Shown piece by piece: positions 24,667 to 32,000 of a DNA stretch of 32,000 bases (its first letter is position 1; each line of letters starts with the position of its first letter). This stretch comes from an uncultured Chloroflexia bacterium (GTDB taxonomy: Bacteria > Chloroflexota > Ktedonobacteria > Ktedonobacterales > JADMIN01). The stretch is from NCBI GenBank assembly GCA_963718915.1, contig CAVRAI010000004.1:960001-992000 (forward strand). Reading direction: 5' to 3'. The position numbers and the translations under genes were made by a program. The notes beneath the pieces were generated by a model. It saw only the letters and a list, made by a program, of their open reading frames with translations, had not been told where the DNA came from and searched no databases.

Positions 24667-25770
24667 ATGGCGACTCCCACCCACCCAACGACTGCAAAAA
24701 ACGGTGCGAAACAGAAGCATCTGCAACTGGTCGAGGAGCAGCTTCGCACGCTGCAGAGGGTGCTAACCACCCCGTATCCCGTTGCGCAGACGCCGAAAGA
24801 GACGATCTGGACGCTCAATAAAGCCAGGTTATATCACTACATTCCAGTGGTTCCGCCGGAAGAACGTTACCCTACTCCGCTGCTGCTGGTCTTTGCCCTG
24901 ATGAATCGGTCGTCTATCCTTGACCTACGCCCAGGGGCAAGTTTTGTCGAATACATGGTCGGCAAAGGCTACGAGGTCTATCTGCTCGACTGGGGCACTC
25001 CCGGTCTGGAGGATCGCAATCTCAAGTTTGATGACTACGTGCTGGATTACCTGCCGCGCGCGGTGCGCAAACTGAAGTCGTTTAGCGGATCTCAGGAGTT
25101 TAGCCTGCTCGGCTGGTGTATTGGCGGGCTTATCACCACCATGTACGCCGCGCTCCGCCCCGACGATGGCCTGCGCAATCTGCTGCTGCTGACCGCGCCG
25201 CTCGATTTTACCGATAGGAACTGTACCGGGTTCATCCGCTGGGTGGATGAGCAGCATCTCGATGTCGAGCGGATACTGGCGGCATTTGGCAATATGCCCG
25301 GCGAGATGCTGGACTACGGCGCGAAGGCGCTGAAGCCGGTCGATAACTACATCATCAACTACCTCAAGTTGTGGGAAAACATCGATGACCCCAAAGTTGT
25401 CGAGTCGTGGCATGCGATGAATACGTGGGTCACTGATCTGACCCCCATCGCTGGCGCGACCTACCGGCAACTGATTGTGGATATGTATCGCCACAATCGC
25501 CTGATGCAGGGGACGATGACGCTACGTGGCGAGCCGGTGCATCTGGAAAATATCACTGCCAGTGCGCTCAATCTCATTGCCACGGAAGATCATATCGTGC
25601 CACCAGCGCAGACCGAGGGTGTGATGACGAAGATTGGCAGCAAAGATAAAGAACTGCTACGTATCCCTGGCGGGCATATTGGTATGATGGCGGGCAGCGC
25701 CGCGATTAAGCGCACCTGGCCGCAGATAGACGCCTGGCTCGCGCCACGCTCTGAGGTACAGAGGGCTTGA
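24667..25770 (+). CDS. phaC: class III/IV poly(R)-hydroxyalkanoate synthase catalytic subunit
   Basis: 367 aa, the size typical of class III/IV PhaC. The lipase-box variant has a catalytic Cys (LLGWCIGG). It has an alpha/beta-hydrolase layout and a C-terminal PGGHIGMM. Confidence 0.92.
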   Translation: MATPTHPTTAKNGAKQKHLQLVEEQLRTLQRVLTTPYPVAQTPKETIWTLNKARLYHYIPVVPPEERYPTPLLLVFALMNRSSILDLRPGASFVEYMVGKGYEVYLLDWGTPGLEDRNLKFDDYVLDYLPRAVRKLKSFSGSQEFSLLGWCIGGLITTMYAALRPDDGLRNLLLLTAPLDFTDRNCTGFIRWVDEQHLDVERILAAFGNMPGEMLDYGAKALKPVDNYIINYLKLWENIDDPKVVESWHAMNTWVTDLTPIAGATYRQLIVDMYRHNRLMQGTMTLRGEPVHLENITASALNLIATEDHIVPPAQTEGVMTKIGSKDKELLRIPGGHIGMMAGSAAIKRTWPQIDAWLAPRSEVQRA

Positions 25771-25784
25771 AATTTGGCGGTTCG

Positions 25785-25823
25785 GAGGCGTCCCCAATGC
25801 GCAAATCAGAGACGCCTCTTTTC
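25785..25823. terminator. intrinsic terminator after phaC (shared with the convergent gene)
   Basis: An 8-bp GC-rich stem pairs gaggcgtc (25785-25792) with gacgcctc (25811-25818). The loop is 18 nt and the stem is followed by tttt (25819-25822). Confidence 0.55.
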
Positions 25824-25826
25824 GGG

Positions 25827-26381
25827 CTAGCTCAGGCGGGTGAAATCCATCGTCCAGTTTGTCTCCCAGGTAGCGCCGCCATCCTGCGAAAATGCCTGTT
25901 CCCATCGGCAGGTGTCTGGTGAGTCATTGACCCAGAGAAAGCGGCTGAAGATCCGTTTGCCCTCGAATGGCTCGCAGTCGTAAAAGATGCCGCGCCCATC
26001 CTTGAACTCGCCGACCATTGGCGCTCCCAGCGTTGCGCCGAGGCTGTCTGCCCAGTAGATACTCCACTGCCCTGTCGCAGGATTGAAGAGACGTACCGTA
26101 ATGCCCCTCATCTCTTCTGACTCACGTTGCATCGTGACTTCATCGAAGTTGCCCAGTCCGCCGAGCATCTTCCTGACGACAGATACGCTCTCGAACTCCT
26201 CCCACGATTGCGACCCTTTCAGCCGCTCGCGTAGCCGCCGTTGGTAGCCCCTCCAAGAACCGATGAGGAAGTCGAAATCCGCTCTGCCGTCGTGTATTGT
26301 CTCCACACTACTTGTGTCCATCGCCATCGGTGTCTTCCCATCCGTTTCTACAGTTGTGCAACTGGCAACGACTCGTTTCAT
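25827..26381 (-). CDS. conserved hypothetical protein (beta-rich, family not assigned)
   Basis: The ORF has coding-like composition, with FDFLIGSW...WSIYWAD...WEQAFSQDGGATWETNWTMDF. An alternative start at ATG 26327 follows GGGAAG. Confidence 0.65.
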   Translation of the reverse strand: MKRVVASCTTVETDGKTPMAMDTSSVETIHDGRADFDFLIGSWRGYQRRLRERLKGSQSWEEFESVSVVRKMLGGLGNFDEVTMQRESEEMRGITVRLFNPATGQWSIYWADSLGATLGAPMVGEFKDGRGIFYDCEPFEGKRIFSRFLWVNDSPDTCRWEQAFSQDGGATWETNWTMDFTRLS

Positions 26382-26416
26382 GCACGGATCCGCTGCGAGA
26401 TGTGTCTGCGCGTGTC

Positions 26417-26782
26417 TTAGGACTGCGGCGCTGGCGTATCGCGGAAGGTGTATTCCGCGGGTGCGAAGAATACCAGAATCGTCACTGCCTCCGTGATCGT
26501 GTGACAGCGGTGAATGACAAGGGCTGGCACGTAGACCATCGAGCCAGCTTCTACTGGTATATTCTCCTCACCAACGAGCAGCGTCGCCCTCCCAGACACG
26601 ACATAGTACAGCTCGTCTTCGGTATGCGGCTGCTGACCGTCCTCTTCGCCGACGCCAAGTTCATACACTCCGGCGCTCATGGCTGGCACATGTAAGAACT
26701 CGTGATAGGGCGCGTTACCTCCAGCCCGGAGGCGCCGCAGATCCATCAGAGAAAACCGCTCCATTGGTGCTCCCTCATGCAT
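26417..26782 (-). CDS. cupin domain-containing protein
   Basis: 121 aa with the two cupin motifs, ...QQPHTEDELYYVVSGRATLLVGEE... and ...GSMVYVPALVIHRCH.... Confidence 0.8.
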   Translation of the reverse strand: MHEGAPMERFSLMDLRRLRAGGNAPYHEFLHVPAMSAGVYELGVGEEDGQQPHTEDELYYVVSGRATLLVGEENIPVEAGSMVYVPALVIHRCHTITEAVTILVFFAPAEYTFRDTPAPQS

Positions 26783-26827
26783 GAGAACGCAGTGGAAAAA
26801 TCCACTACTCTCAGGGTACAGTCCTTA

Positions 26828-26846
26828 CCGGACACATACTGTCCGG
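26828..26846. promoter_or_regulatory. inverted repeat CCGGACA-N5-TGTCCGG in the cupin/WYL divergent intergenic region (candidate operator)
   Basis: The arms are ccggaca (26828-26834) and tgtccgg (26840-26846), perfect 7-bp arms. They lie 31 nt upstream of the regulator ATG 26877. Confidence 0.35.
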
Positions 26847-26876
26847 TTATCGGCGAATCTCGCCAATGAGGAAATT

Positions 26877-27878
26877 ATGTCGTATTCCACGGCTCGCGTG
26901 CTTGCCTTGCTGGAGCTTCTGGAGGTGCGCGGTCGCGTGCATGGCGAGGAACTGGCTCGACGGCTGGAAGTGGACGAGCGCACTGTACGTCGCTATGTGA
27001 CGACGCTCCGTGATCGTGGCGTACCAATCGAGATGGAACGCGGGCGCTATGGTGGGTATTATCTGCACGCTGGTTACAAGCGTCCGCTGGCGCTCACCGA
27101 ACGAGAAGCGCTCTCGACCGCCTGGGGCTTGCTTCGCACTAGTCGGCACGATGTTGGTTTCGTCGGCGGAGACTCGCGGCGCGCGCTCGATAAACTCTCG
27201 ATGGCGTTGCCACTGAGCACTCGCGATGTGGTGCGAAGCCTGGAACAGGTGGTGACGTTCGCGGATTTCCCTATGCATGCGGACGACCCCATAGACGTTG
27301 AGCATCTGAAGACAATTCTGTACGCCGTCGCATCACATCAACAAGTGCGAATGACGTACCACTCTTGGCGTGGAGAGATGACTGAGCGGATCGTCGACCC
27401 CTATCATGTGGTCTGCCGGTACGGGCGCTGGTATCTTGTCGGCTATTGCCACCTGCGGACGGATCAGCGTGTGTTTCGTCTCGATCACATCCTCAACGTC
27501 ACCCTGCTCGCCGAACCATTTTCGCCGACGACTATCGATGCCCTGGCAGCCGTCGAGCAGTCCATCGGTCAGGCGCCATGGCGCTGGAAATATCGCGTTC
27601 AGCTCGATCTCTCACTGGACGCGGCGGCGCAACGAATATCTCCCGCGACTGCCAGTCTGGAACAAACTGAACGCGGCGTCATCATGCATGGATATGCCGA
27701 AGACCTTGCATGGATAGCGCATCTTCTGGCAGGACTGCGCTGTCGTCTGGTTGTACTCTCACCGCCGGAGTTGCGCGATGAGTTGCTGGCGCTGGCGGAG
27801 CATGCACGCCTTATCGCGAGTGAGACGCCATCGGCTGACGATCCTATCGACGGCGCCGATGGCCATTGCCGTAATTGA
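26877..27878 (+). CDS. HTH + WYL domain transcriptional regulator (YafY family)
   Basis: The N-terminal wHTH is ARVLALLELLEVRGRVHGEELARRLEVDERTVRRYVTTLRDRGVPI. The WYL domain is VRMTYHSWRGEMTERIVDPYHVVCRYGRWYLVGYCHLRTDQRVFRLDHI. ATG 26877 lies 5 nt after GAGG; the ORF opens at 26781. Confidence 0.88.
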   Translation: MSYSTARVLALLELLEVRGRVHGEELARRLEVDERTVRRYVTTLRDRGVPIEMERGRYGGYYLHAGYKRPLALTEREALSTAWGLLRTSRHDVGFVGGDSRRALDKLSMALPLSTRDVVRSLEQVVTFADFPMHADDPIDVEHLKTILYAVASHQQVRMTYHSWRGEMTERIVDPYHVVCRYGRWYLVGYCHLRTDQRVFRLDHILNVTLLAEPFSPTTIDALAAVEQSIGQAPWRWKYRVQLDLSLDAAAQRISPATASLEQTERGVIMHGYAEDLAWIAHLLAGLRCRLVVLSPPELRDELLALAEHARLIASETPSADDPIDGADGHCRN

Positions 27879-28791
27879 CAGTCAGTGGAGTCGCGAATGA
27901 GATGACGACAATCAGTATTCCCAGTCCCAGTACAGCGTAGGCTAAAATCTGCGAGAGCAGCGACTCGCGATAGACCCCTGTCGCGAACAGGACGTGAGCT
28001 TGATCCAGAATGCTTGTAACGATCCAGAAAAGTGCCGCGGCAAACGTCAGCGCGTATCCAATCACCAGGCGTCGCATCACAAGCAGCAGCCCCAGCGCCT
28101 GAAGAGCGCACACGCCGCCGAGTAGAGCAGTTGCCATGTAGATGTCAAGGCCGATCTGGGTCGGCATGCCAAAGGCGATGTTGTTGGCCATTTGAGTGAC
28201 GCCTAGACCCAGCAACACCAGCGACGTAACCGATAGTGTCGTCGGCAGCACTGTTGCCCGATGGCCTGGTATGCCCTGAATGTATGTCCTGCGCACAGGC
28301 GCCGACGGCACACCTTCTCTTCCGCTACCCTGCGAGAGGACTTGAATGGTCTGGCTGCGCACCTTTTCGAGGTTGACCCCCAGACTCTCGAGCACTCCGG
28401 CGGCAATCCCTTCGCCTTCCCGCACCAGCCCCAGCAGCAGATGCTCGGTGCCGATGTAATGGTGGTTGAGCCGCCGCGCCTCATCCACCGCCAGCTCGAT
28501 CACCTTCTTGGCGCGCGGGGTCAGCCCAATCTCTCCCAACACGATGCGGTCGCCCCGGCCGATAATGAACTCGACCGCGCTGCGCACTTTGTTGAGTTCG
28601 ACCCCCAGGTTGGCCAGCACTTTGGCCGCCACTCCGTCGCCCTCGCGCACCAATCCCAGCAACAGGTGCTCGGTCCCAATGTAGTTGTGGTTGAACCGTT
28701 GCGCTTCATCCTGCGCCAGGCTCAACACTTTGCGCGCTCGTTCCGTAAACTTCTCGAACTTCTCGTTCATCGTTTCTTGCCATCGTGTCAT
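27844..28791 (-). CDS. Clp_N (double Clp repeat) domain protein with a four-helix transmembrane C-terminal half
   Basis: Two Clp-R repeats are present: FTERARKVLSLAQDEAQRFNHNYIGTEHLLLGLVREGDGVAAKVL and LTPRAKKVIELAVDEARRLNHHYIGTEHLLLGLVREGEGIAAGVL. Four hydrophobic ~21-aa segments follow. There are no AAA+ motifs. An alternative start is ATG 28770. Confidence 0.85.
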   Translation of the reverse strand: MTRWQETMNEKFEKFTERARKVLSLAQDEAQRFNHNYIGTEHLLLGLVREGDGVAAKVLANLGVELNKVRSAVEFIIGRGDRIVLGEIGLTPRAKKVIELAVDEARRLNHHYIGTEHLLLGLVREGEGIAAGVLESLGVNLEKVRSQTIQVLSQGSGREGVPSAPVRRTYIQGIPGHRATVLPTTLSVTSLVLLGLGVTQMANNIAFGMPTQIGLDIYMATALLGGVCALQALGLLLVMRRLVIGYALTFAAALFWIVTSILDQAHVLFATGVYRESLLSQILAYAVLGLGILIVVISFATPLTVNYGNGHRRRR

Positions 28792-28950
28792 CTGCCCATA
28801 GGCGAATACGCACTACGATACTGATGAACTCTCGATTCCGCAATTCATTGTGGCCGTTTTACGGTGACTGGCTCCTCGTATCTGGGAATTGACGTTACGA
28901 TGTATACGGCGCCTGAGACAGTGAGGTTGCGACCATGCGGCATATCGCAC

Positions 28951-28979
28951 TTGTCACGCTCGCCTGATTCTGGTACTAT
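28951..28979 (+). promoter_or_regulatory. candidate promoter TTGTCA-17-(TGg)TACTAT upstream of radC
   Basis: -35 is ttgtca at 28951-28956, the spacer is 17 nt ending in an extended -10 TGg (28971-28973), and -10 is tactat at 28974-28979. The element lies 66 nt upstream of ATG 29046. Confidence 0.4.
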
Positions 28980-29045
28980 GGACAAACTACCGCCATTCTC
29001 CTCGATGTCATATGAATACCCGCAACGCCAGTGGAGGAGCTTTCC

Positions 29046-29765
29046 ATGACCGTCGCCCGCTCAGATCGCCCAGATGCGCAGTACCGTGTCACCGTTCGCG
29101 ATATGCCGAGTGATGAGCGTCCGCGCGAGCGGTTGCTGAAATACGGCGCTGTGACGCTACAAACGGCAGAGCTACTGGCGATCATTCTGCGGGTGGGCAC
29201 ACAAGGCGAAAACGTCATCGAACTTGCGGCGAGGTTGCTGCGCGAACATGGCGGACTGGGTGGACTGCTGACGGTAGATGCCGCGCTGCTCAGCGCGGAA
29301 CGGGGTATGGGTGAGGCGAAAACGTCACAACTGAAGGCGGCGCTCGAATTGGGCAGGCGGCTGAGCGCGTTGACGCCAGGTGGGCGCTCGCAGATCACCA
29401 GTCCAATGGATGTCGCTAACCTGATGATGCTGGAAATGGGCTATCTCGCCCAGGAGCAGTTGCGGGTGCTGTGCCTTGATACCAAAAATTACATTGTAGC
29501 CCAGCAGGTCGTTTACCAGGGCACAGTCAACAGTAGTGTTGTGCGCGTGGCTGAGGTCTTCAAGCCTGCCATCAGCCGGACATGCCCCGCGATTGTCGTT
29601 GTCCACAATCATCCGTCGGGTGATCCCGCTCCCTCGCCCGAAGACGTACGCACCACCGAGCAACTGCGCAAAGCGGGCGAGTTGCTGGATATCGAGCTGC
29701 TTGACCATATTGTCGTGGGGCACAATTGTTTTGTGAGTATGAAGGAACGCCGCCTTGGCTTCTGA
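29046..29765 (+). CDS. radC: RadC-family JAB/MPN domain protein
   Basis: The N-terminal HhH-like region is [24 protein letters not shown]...GLGGL. The C-terminal JAMM motif is [23 protein letters not shown] 29046 lies 7 nt after GGAGGAG; the ORF opens at GTG 29031. Confidence 0.9.
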   Translation: MTVARSDRPDAQYRVTVRDMPSDERPRERLLKYGAVTLQTAELLAIILRVGTQGENVIELAARLLREHGGLGGLLTVDAALLSAERGMGEAKTSQLKAALELGRRLSALTPGGRSQITSPMDVANLMMLEMGYLAQEQLRVLCLDTKNYIVAQQVVYQGTVNSSVVRVAEVFKPAISRTCPAIVVVHNHPSGDPAPSPEDVRTTEQLRKAGELLDIELLDHIVVGHNCFVSMKERRLGF

Positions 29766-29878
29766 GGCTGAGCCTGCCAGAAAGTCCGATATTGGGAGGG
29801 GTACGCAAACCAGCCGTGCGCCTGTATCGTATGAAATGCAGTCGGCATGAGACGAGAAGTGACACGGAGTAGGCGCGC

Positions 29879-30739
29879 GTGACTCCTAAGCAGCTATTTC
29901 GACGCGGGATCGCCTGTGCCAGCGTGACGGCACTGGTCGGGGTCGCCTATTCCACCCTGATCGAACCCGGTTGGATTGACGTCAAGCAGATGTCGCTGGC
30001 GCTACCCCGACTGTCCCCAGAGTTCTGTGGCTATCGTATCGTGCAACTGAGCGACATCCACATGGGAGATTGGATGAACGCTGCCCGGCTGGATGATGTG
30101 GTCCGTCTCGCCAATGAGCAATCTCCCGACCTCGTGGCCATTACCGGGGATTTTATAACGCGCCGTGCCGGATCTCATATGCGCGACTTAGCATGTGGAT
30201 TAAGCTGTCTGAAAGCGCGCGACGGGGTGGTGGCTGTGCTGGGCAATCATGATCACTGGTCTGGCGCGCAAGCGGTTCGCGATGTGTTGGCTGCCATTGG
30301 TGTATGCGAACTCGCGAACGACGTCCGCACGCTTCTCCGCGCTGGAGCGCAACTACATGTCGCAGGGGTAGATGATATCATTGCGGGGCGTGATCGGCTC
30401 GATCTGGTGCTTTCCCGGCTGCCAGCGAATGGCGTCGCGATTCTGCTGGCGCACGAGCCGGACTTCGCCGACGAGAGCGCTGCGACCGGCCGATTCGCGC
30501 TCCAGTTATCCGGGCACACGCACGGAGGCCAGATCGTTGCGCCGCTGATTGGACCGCTACTGTTGCCCTCTCTTGGGCGCAAGTATCCGTCCGGATGCTA
30601 TCAAGTCGGCCGCATGATCCAGCATACCAACCGTGGCGTTGGCGTGGTAAGCCCATTTGTTCGCATGAACTGTCGTCCCGAACTCACTGTTTTTGACCTG
30701 CATGCACGGTCTGGCTGTTCCTGTAAGGCAGACAGGTGA
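29879..30739 (+). CDS. metallophosphoesterase (YkuE/calcineurin-like), N-terminal membrane anchor
   Basis: Motifs are QLSDIHMG, ITGDFI, LGNHDHW, LAHEPD and SGHTHGGQ. A hydrophobic N-terminal helix is CASVTALVGVAYSTLI. Confidence 0.85.
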   Translation: MTPKQLFRRGIACASVTALVGVAYSTLIEPGWIDVKQMSLALPRLSPEFCGYRIVQLSDIHMGDWMNAARLDDVVRLANEQSPDLVAITGDFITRRAGSHMRDLACGLSCLKARDGVVAVLGNHDHWSGAQAVRDVLAAIGVCELANDVRTLLRAGAQLHVAGVDDIIAGRDRLDLVLSRLPANGVAILLAHEPDFADESAATGRFALQLSGHTHGGQIVAPLIGPLLLPSLGRKYPSGCYQVGRMIQHTNRGVGVVSPFVRMNCRPELTVFDLHARSGCSCKADR

Positions 30740-30751
30740 TATATCGGTGGC

Positions 30752-31543
30752 TTATTTGCTAGGATGTAGCGGCTTACCCCAGACTACTTCCGTCACCAAC
30801 TGCACTGTGACTGTACCCGTGCAGTGCTGGCTTACTAACGCACGGATTGCGGCGTCAAAGGCCGATGCCGCAGCAGGCCCCATGCGTTCTCGCGCGAATG
30901 ACGCTCTCCCATGGAAAGACTCGATGTATTCGTCGAGTGGTTGGACGAAAGAGACAAGCGTAGTGGTATGTCGGCCAGATGTGTGGAAAAGGCCGCGCGA
31001 TTCCAGTTCGACGACGAGGTCGTAAGGGTGATAGCCACTCACCGTCGAGTAGCGTTGGATAATGGGCAATAAGTGGTCATCCCAGGGTGTCGCTAGTTGG
31101 CCAACGCCGAGAATCGCCAATGAGCCATGTGGTGTCAGCATCGTGGTGAGGCGTGGCATTACCGTGGCCCAGTCCATCCAGTGCAGGCTGTCGCCAGCAG
31201 TAATCAGGCTGTAGGGGGGATTGAGTGGCGCGGTTTCCACGGCGCCAACGATCCATGTGAGCGAAGGCGCATCGCCCCGTGGTAGTTGTTTGCCCTGATC
31301 GATCATCGCGGGTGACATATCGATTGCATCGATATGGACTACTCTATCTACCAATTCGCGCGCGACGAATCCCGTACCGCAGCCGATATCCAGAACTCGT
31401 TGTGGCTTACCTATTGCGAGGTGGACGAGGATGTCGAAGGTGGAATCAGGATACGGCGGACGGAATCGGTATACTCTGGCAACCCCTTCATCTTGAAATG
31501 CAGCGGCCTGCTGCGGCCCCAAGAATACCGGTTTGGGTTTCAC
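30752..31543 (-). CDS. class I SAM-dependent methyltransferase
   Basis: Motif I is VLDIGCGTGFVAREL, followed by an acidic post-I DAIDMSPAMI, then ...ITAGDSLHWMD. Confidence 0.85.
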   Translation of the reverse strand: MKPKPVFLGPQQAAAFQDEGVARVYRFRPPYPDSTFDILVHLAIGKPQRVLDIGCGTGFVARELVDRVVHIDAIDMSPAMIDQGKQLPRGDAPSLTWIVGAVETAPLNPPYSLITAGDSLHWMDWATVMPRLTTMLTPHGSLAILGVGQLATPWDDHLLPIIQRYSTVSGYHPYDLVVELESRGLFHTSGRHTTTLVSFVQPLDEYIESFHGRASFARERMGPAAASAFDAAIRALVSQHCTGTVTVQLVTEVVWGKPLHPSK

Positions 31544-31696
31544 GGCCTTGCTCCTCGTAGTTCGTAGTGATCTTGAGAGACGCGGCGACTCTTGGTAGAC
31601 TATGGTTCGGAATAGATACGATTCAGGAATAACACCTGTTCCATTTGTTGATGTATATCAAGCGCGCAGCCACTGTCAGGTTGGGGAAAGTTGCAA

Positions 31697-32000
31697 ATGC
31701 GCCAGACGTACCAAGAACTTCTGAGCCGCGTGGACATGGCGCAGCCACTGGATGATGTGCTGCGAGATATCGCACGAAACTACAAGCTTGGTCGTATTGA
31801 GCGCTCAAGCATCATCACGCAAGGCTACGACGACCTGAATGTGCTGCTCGTTTGCGAGCGCGGACTATACGTCGCCAAATTCTTCAATAAAAGCAAAGGA
31901 GTTGCCACCGTCGAGGACTATGTACGGGTGCAGACGGCGCTGTCGAAGCGTCACATTCCAGTTCCGCGCATATGCACGATCGACGGCGCGGGGTTGTTTC
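31697..32000 (+). CDS. aminoglycoside/choline-kinase-like phosphotransferase (APH family), N-terminal fragment running off the window
   Basis: My own translation from ATG 31697 (GGGGAAAG upstream) gives MRQTYQELL...ITQGYDDLNVLLVCERGLYVAKFFNKSKG...HIPVPR. This resembles the APH N-lobe (G-x-x-N ... V-x-K). The frame is open to the window end. Confidence 0.55.
   Translation, partial: MRQTYQELLSRVDMAQPLDDVLRDIARNYKLGRIERSSIITQGYDDLNVLLVCERGLYVAKFFNKSKGVATVEDYVRVQTALSKRHIPVPRICTIDGAGLF

Noticed and set aside
26877-31543. WYL regulator + RadC/JAB + metallophosphoesterase + methyltransferase read as a possible defence island
   Set aside because: RadC here has the canonical housekeeping architecture (HhH N-domain plus JAMM). 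The phosphoesterase is YkuE-like with a membrane anchor. The methyltransferase looks like a small-molecule class I enzyme with no DNA-MTase motifs (no DPPY/PCQ). The genes sit on mixed strands with their own promoters. I see no nuclease, ATPase or toxin partner.
1-32000. Mobile element or prophage boundaries around the SNF2 locus
   Set aside because: I found no integrase, transposase or recombinase, no tRNA attachment site, and no flanking direct or inverted terminal repeats by eye. Only the AT-richer intergenic region hints at heterogeneity, and that is insufficient to call an island.

Overview
High-GC (about 60% by eye), densely coding bacterial chromosomal window. I found no rRNA, tRNA, CRISPR array, transposase or integrase. 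The taxon cannot be fixed without a search; gene content would fit a Chloroflexota- or Actinomycetota-like Terrabacterium. Left part (1-7.4 kb) is housekeeping: lon (minus strand, runs off the left edge and is absent from the ORF track), a small Zn-ribbon ORF, ftsY with a perfect 9-bp tandem repeat, accD-accA, and a KGG-repeat stress protein. Centre (7.8-11.8 kb) holds the most unusual locus. A minimal SNF2-family ATPase is translationally coupled (ATGA overlap) to a 737-aa protein. That partner has a dense CxxC zinc-ribbon cluster, an apparently inactivated Mrr-like nuclease-fold segment and a long Ala/Arg-rich helical tail. I cannot assign the pair to any described system. 12-21.5 kb is one tightly packed same-strand run of ten genes, probably one operon: LLM/F420-type oxidoreductase, fused FAD-monooxygenase/Old-Yellow-Enzyme (2-aminobenzoyl-CoA monooxygenase/reductase or salicylyl-CoA 5-hydroxylase type), SDR, crotonase, RidA, acyl-CoA dehydrogenase, PaaK-type CoA ligase, a 68-aa ORF and an amidase. 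This looks like a hybrid aerobic aryl-CoA dearomatising pathway. 21.6-25.8 kb is a Bacillus-style (class IV-like) PHA locus: phaJ, phaB, phasin, PadR/PhaQ-like repressor, phaR, phaC. It has a perfect consensus promoter embedded in an inverted repeat. Right part carries an unassigned beta-rich protein, a cupin divergent from a WYL regulator, a membrane-anchored Clp_N-domain protein, radC, a metallophosphoesterase, a SAM methyltransferase and a partial APH-like kinase at the right edge. Start codons are my best calls from SD spacing and may be off by a few codons. All family assignments come from motifs read by eye, not from database searches.
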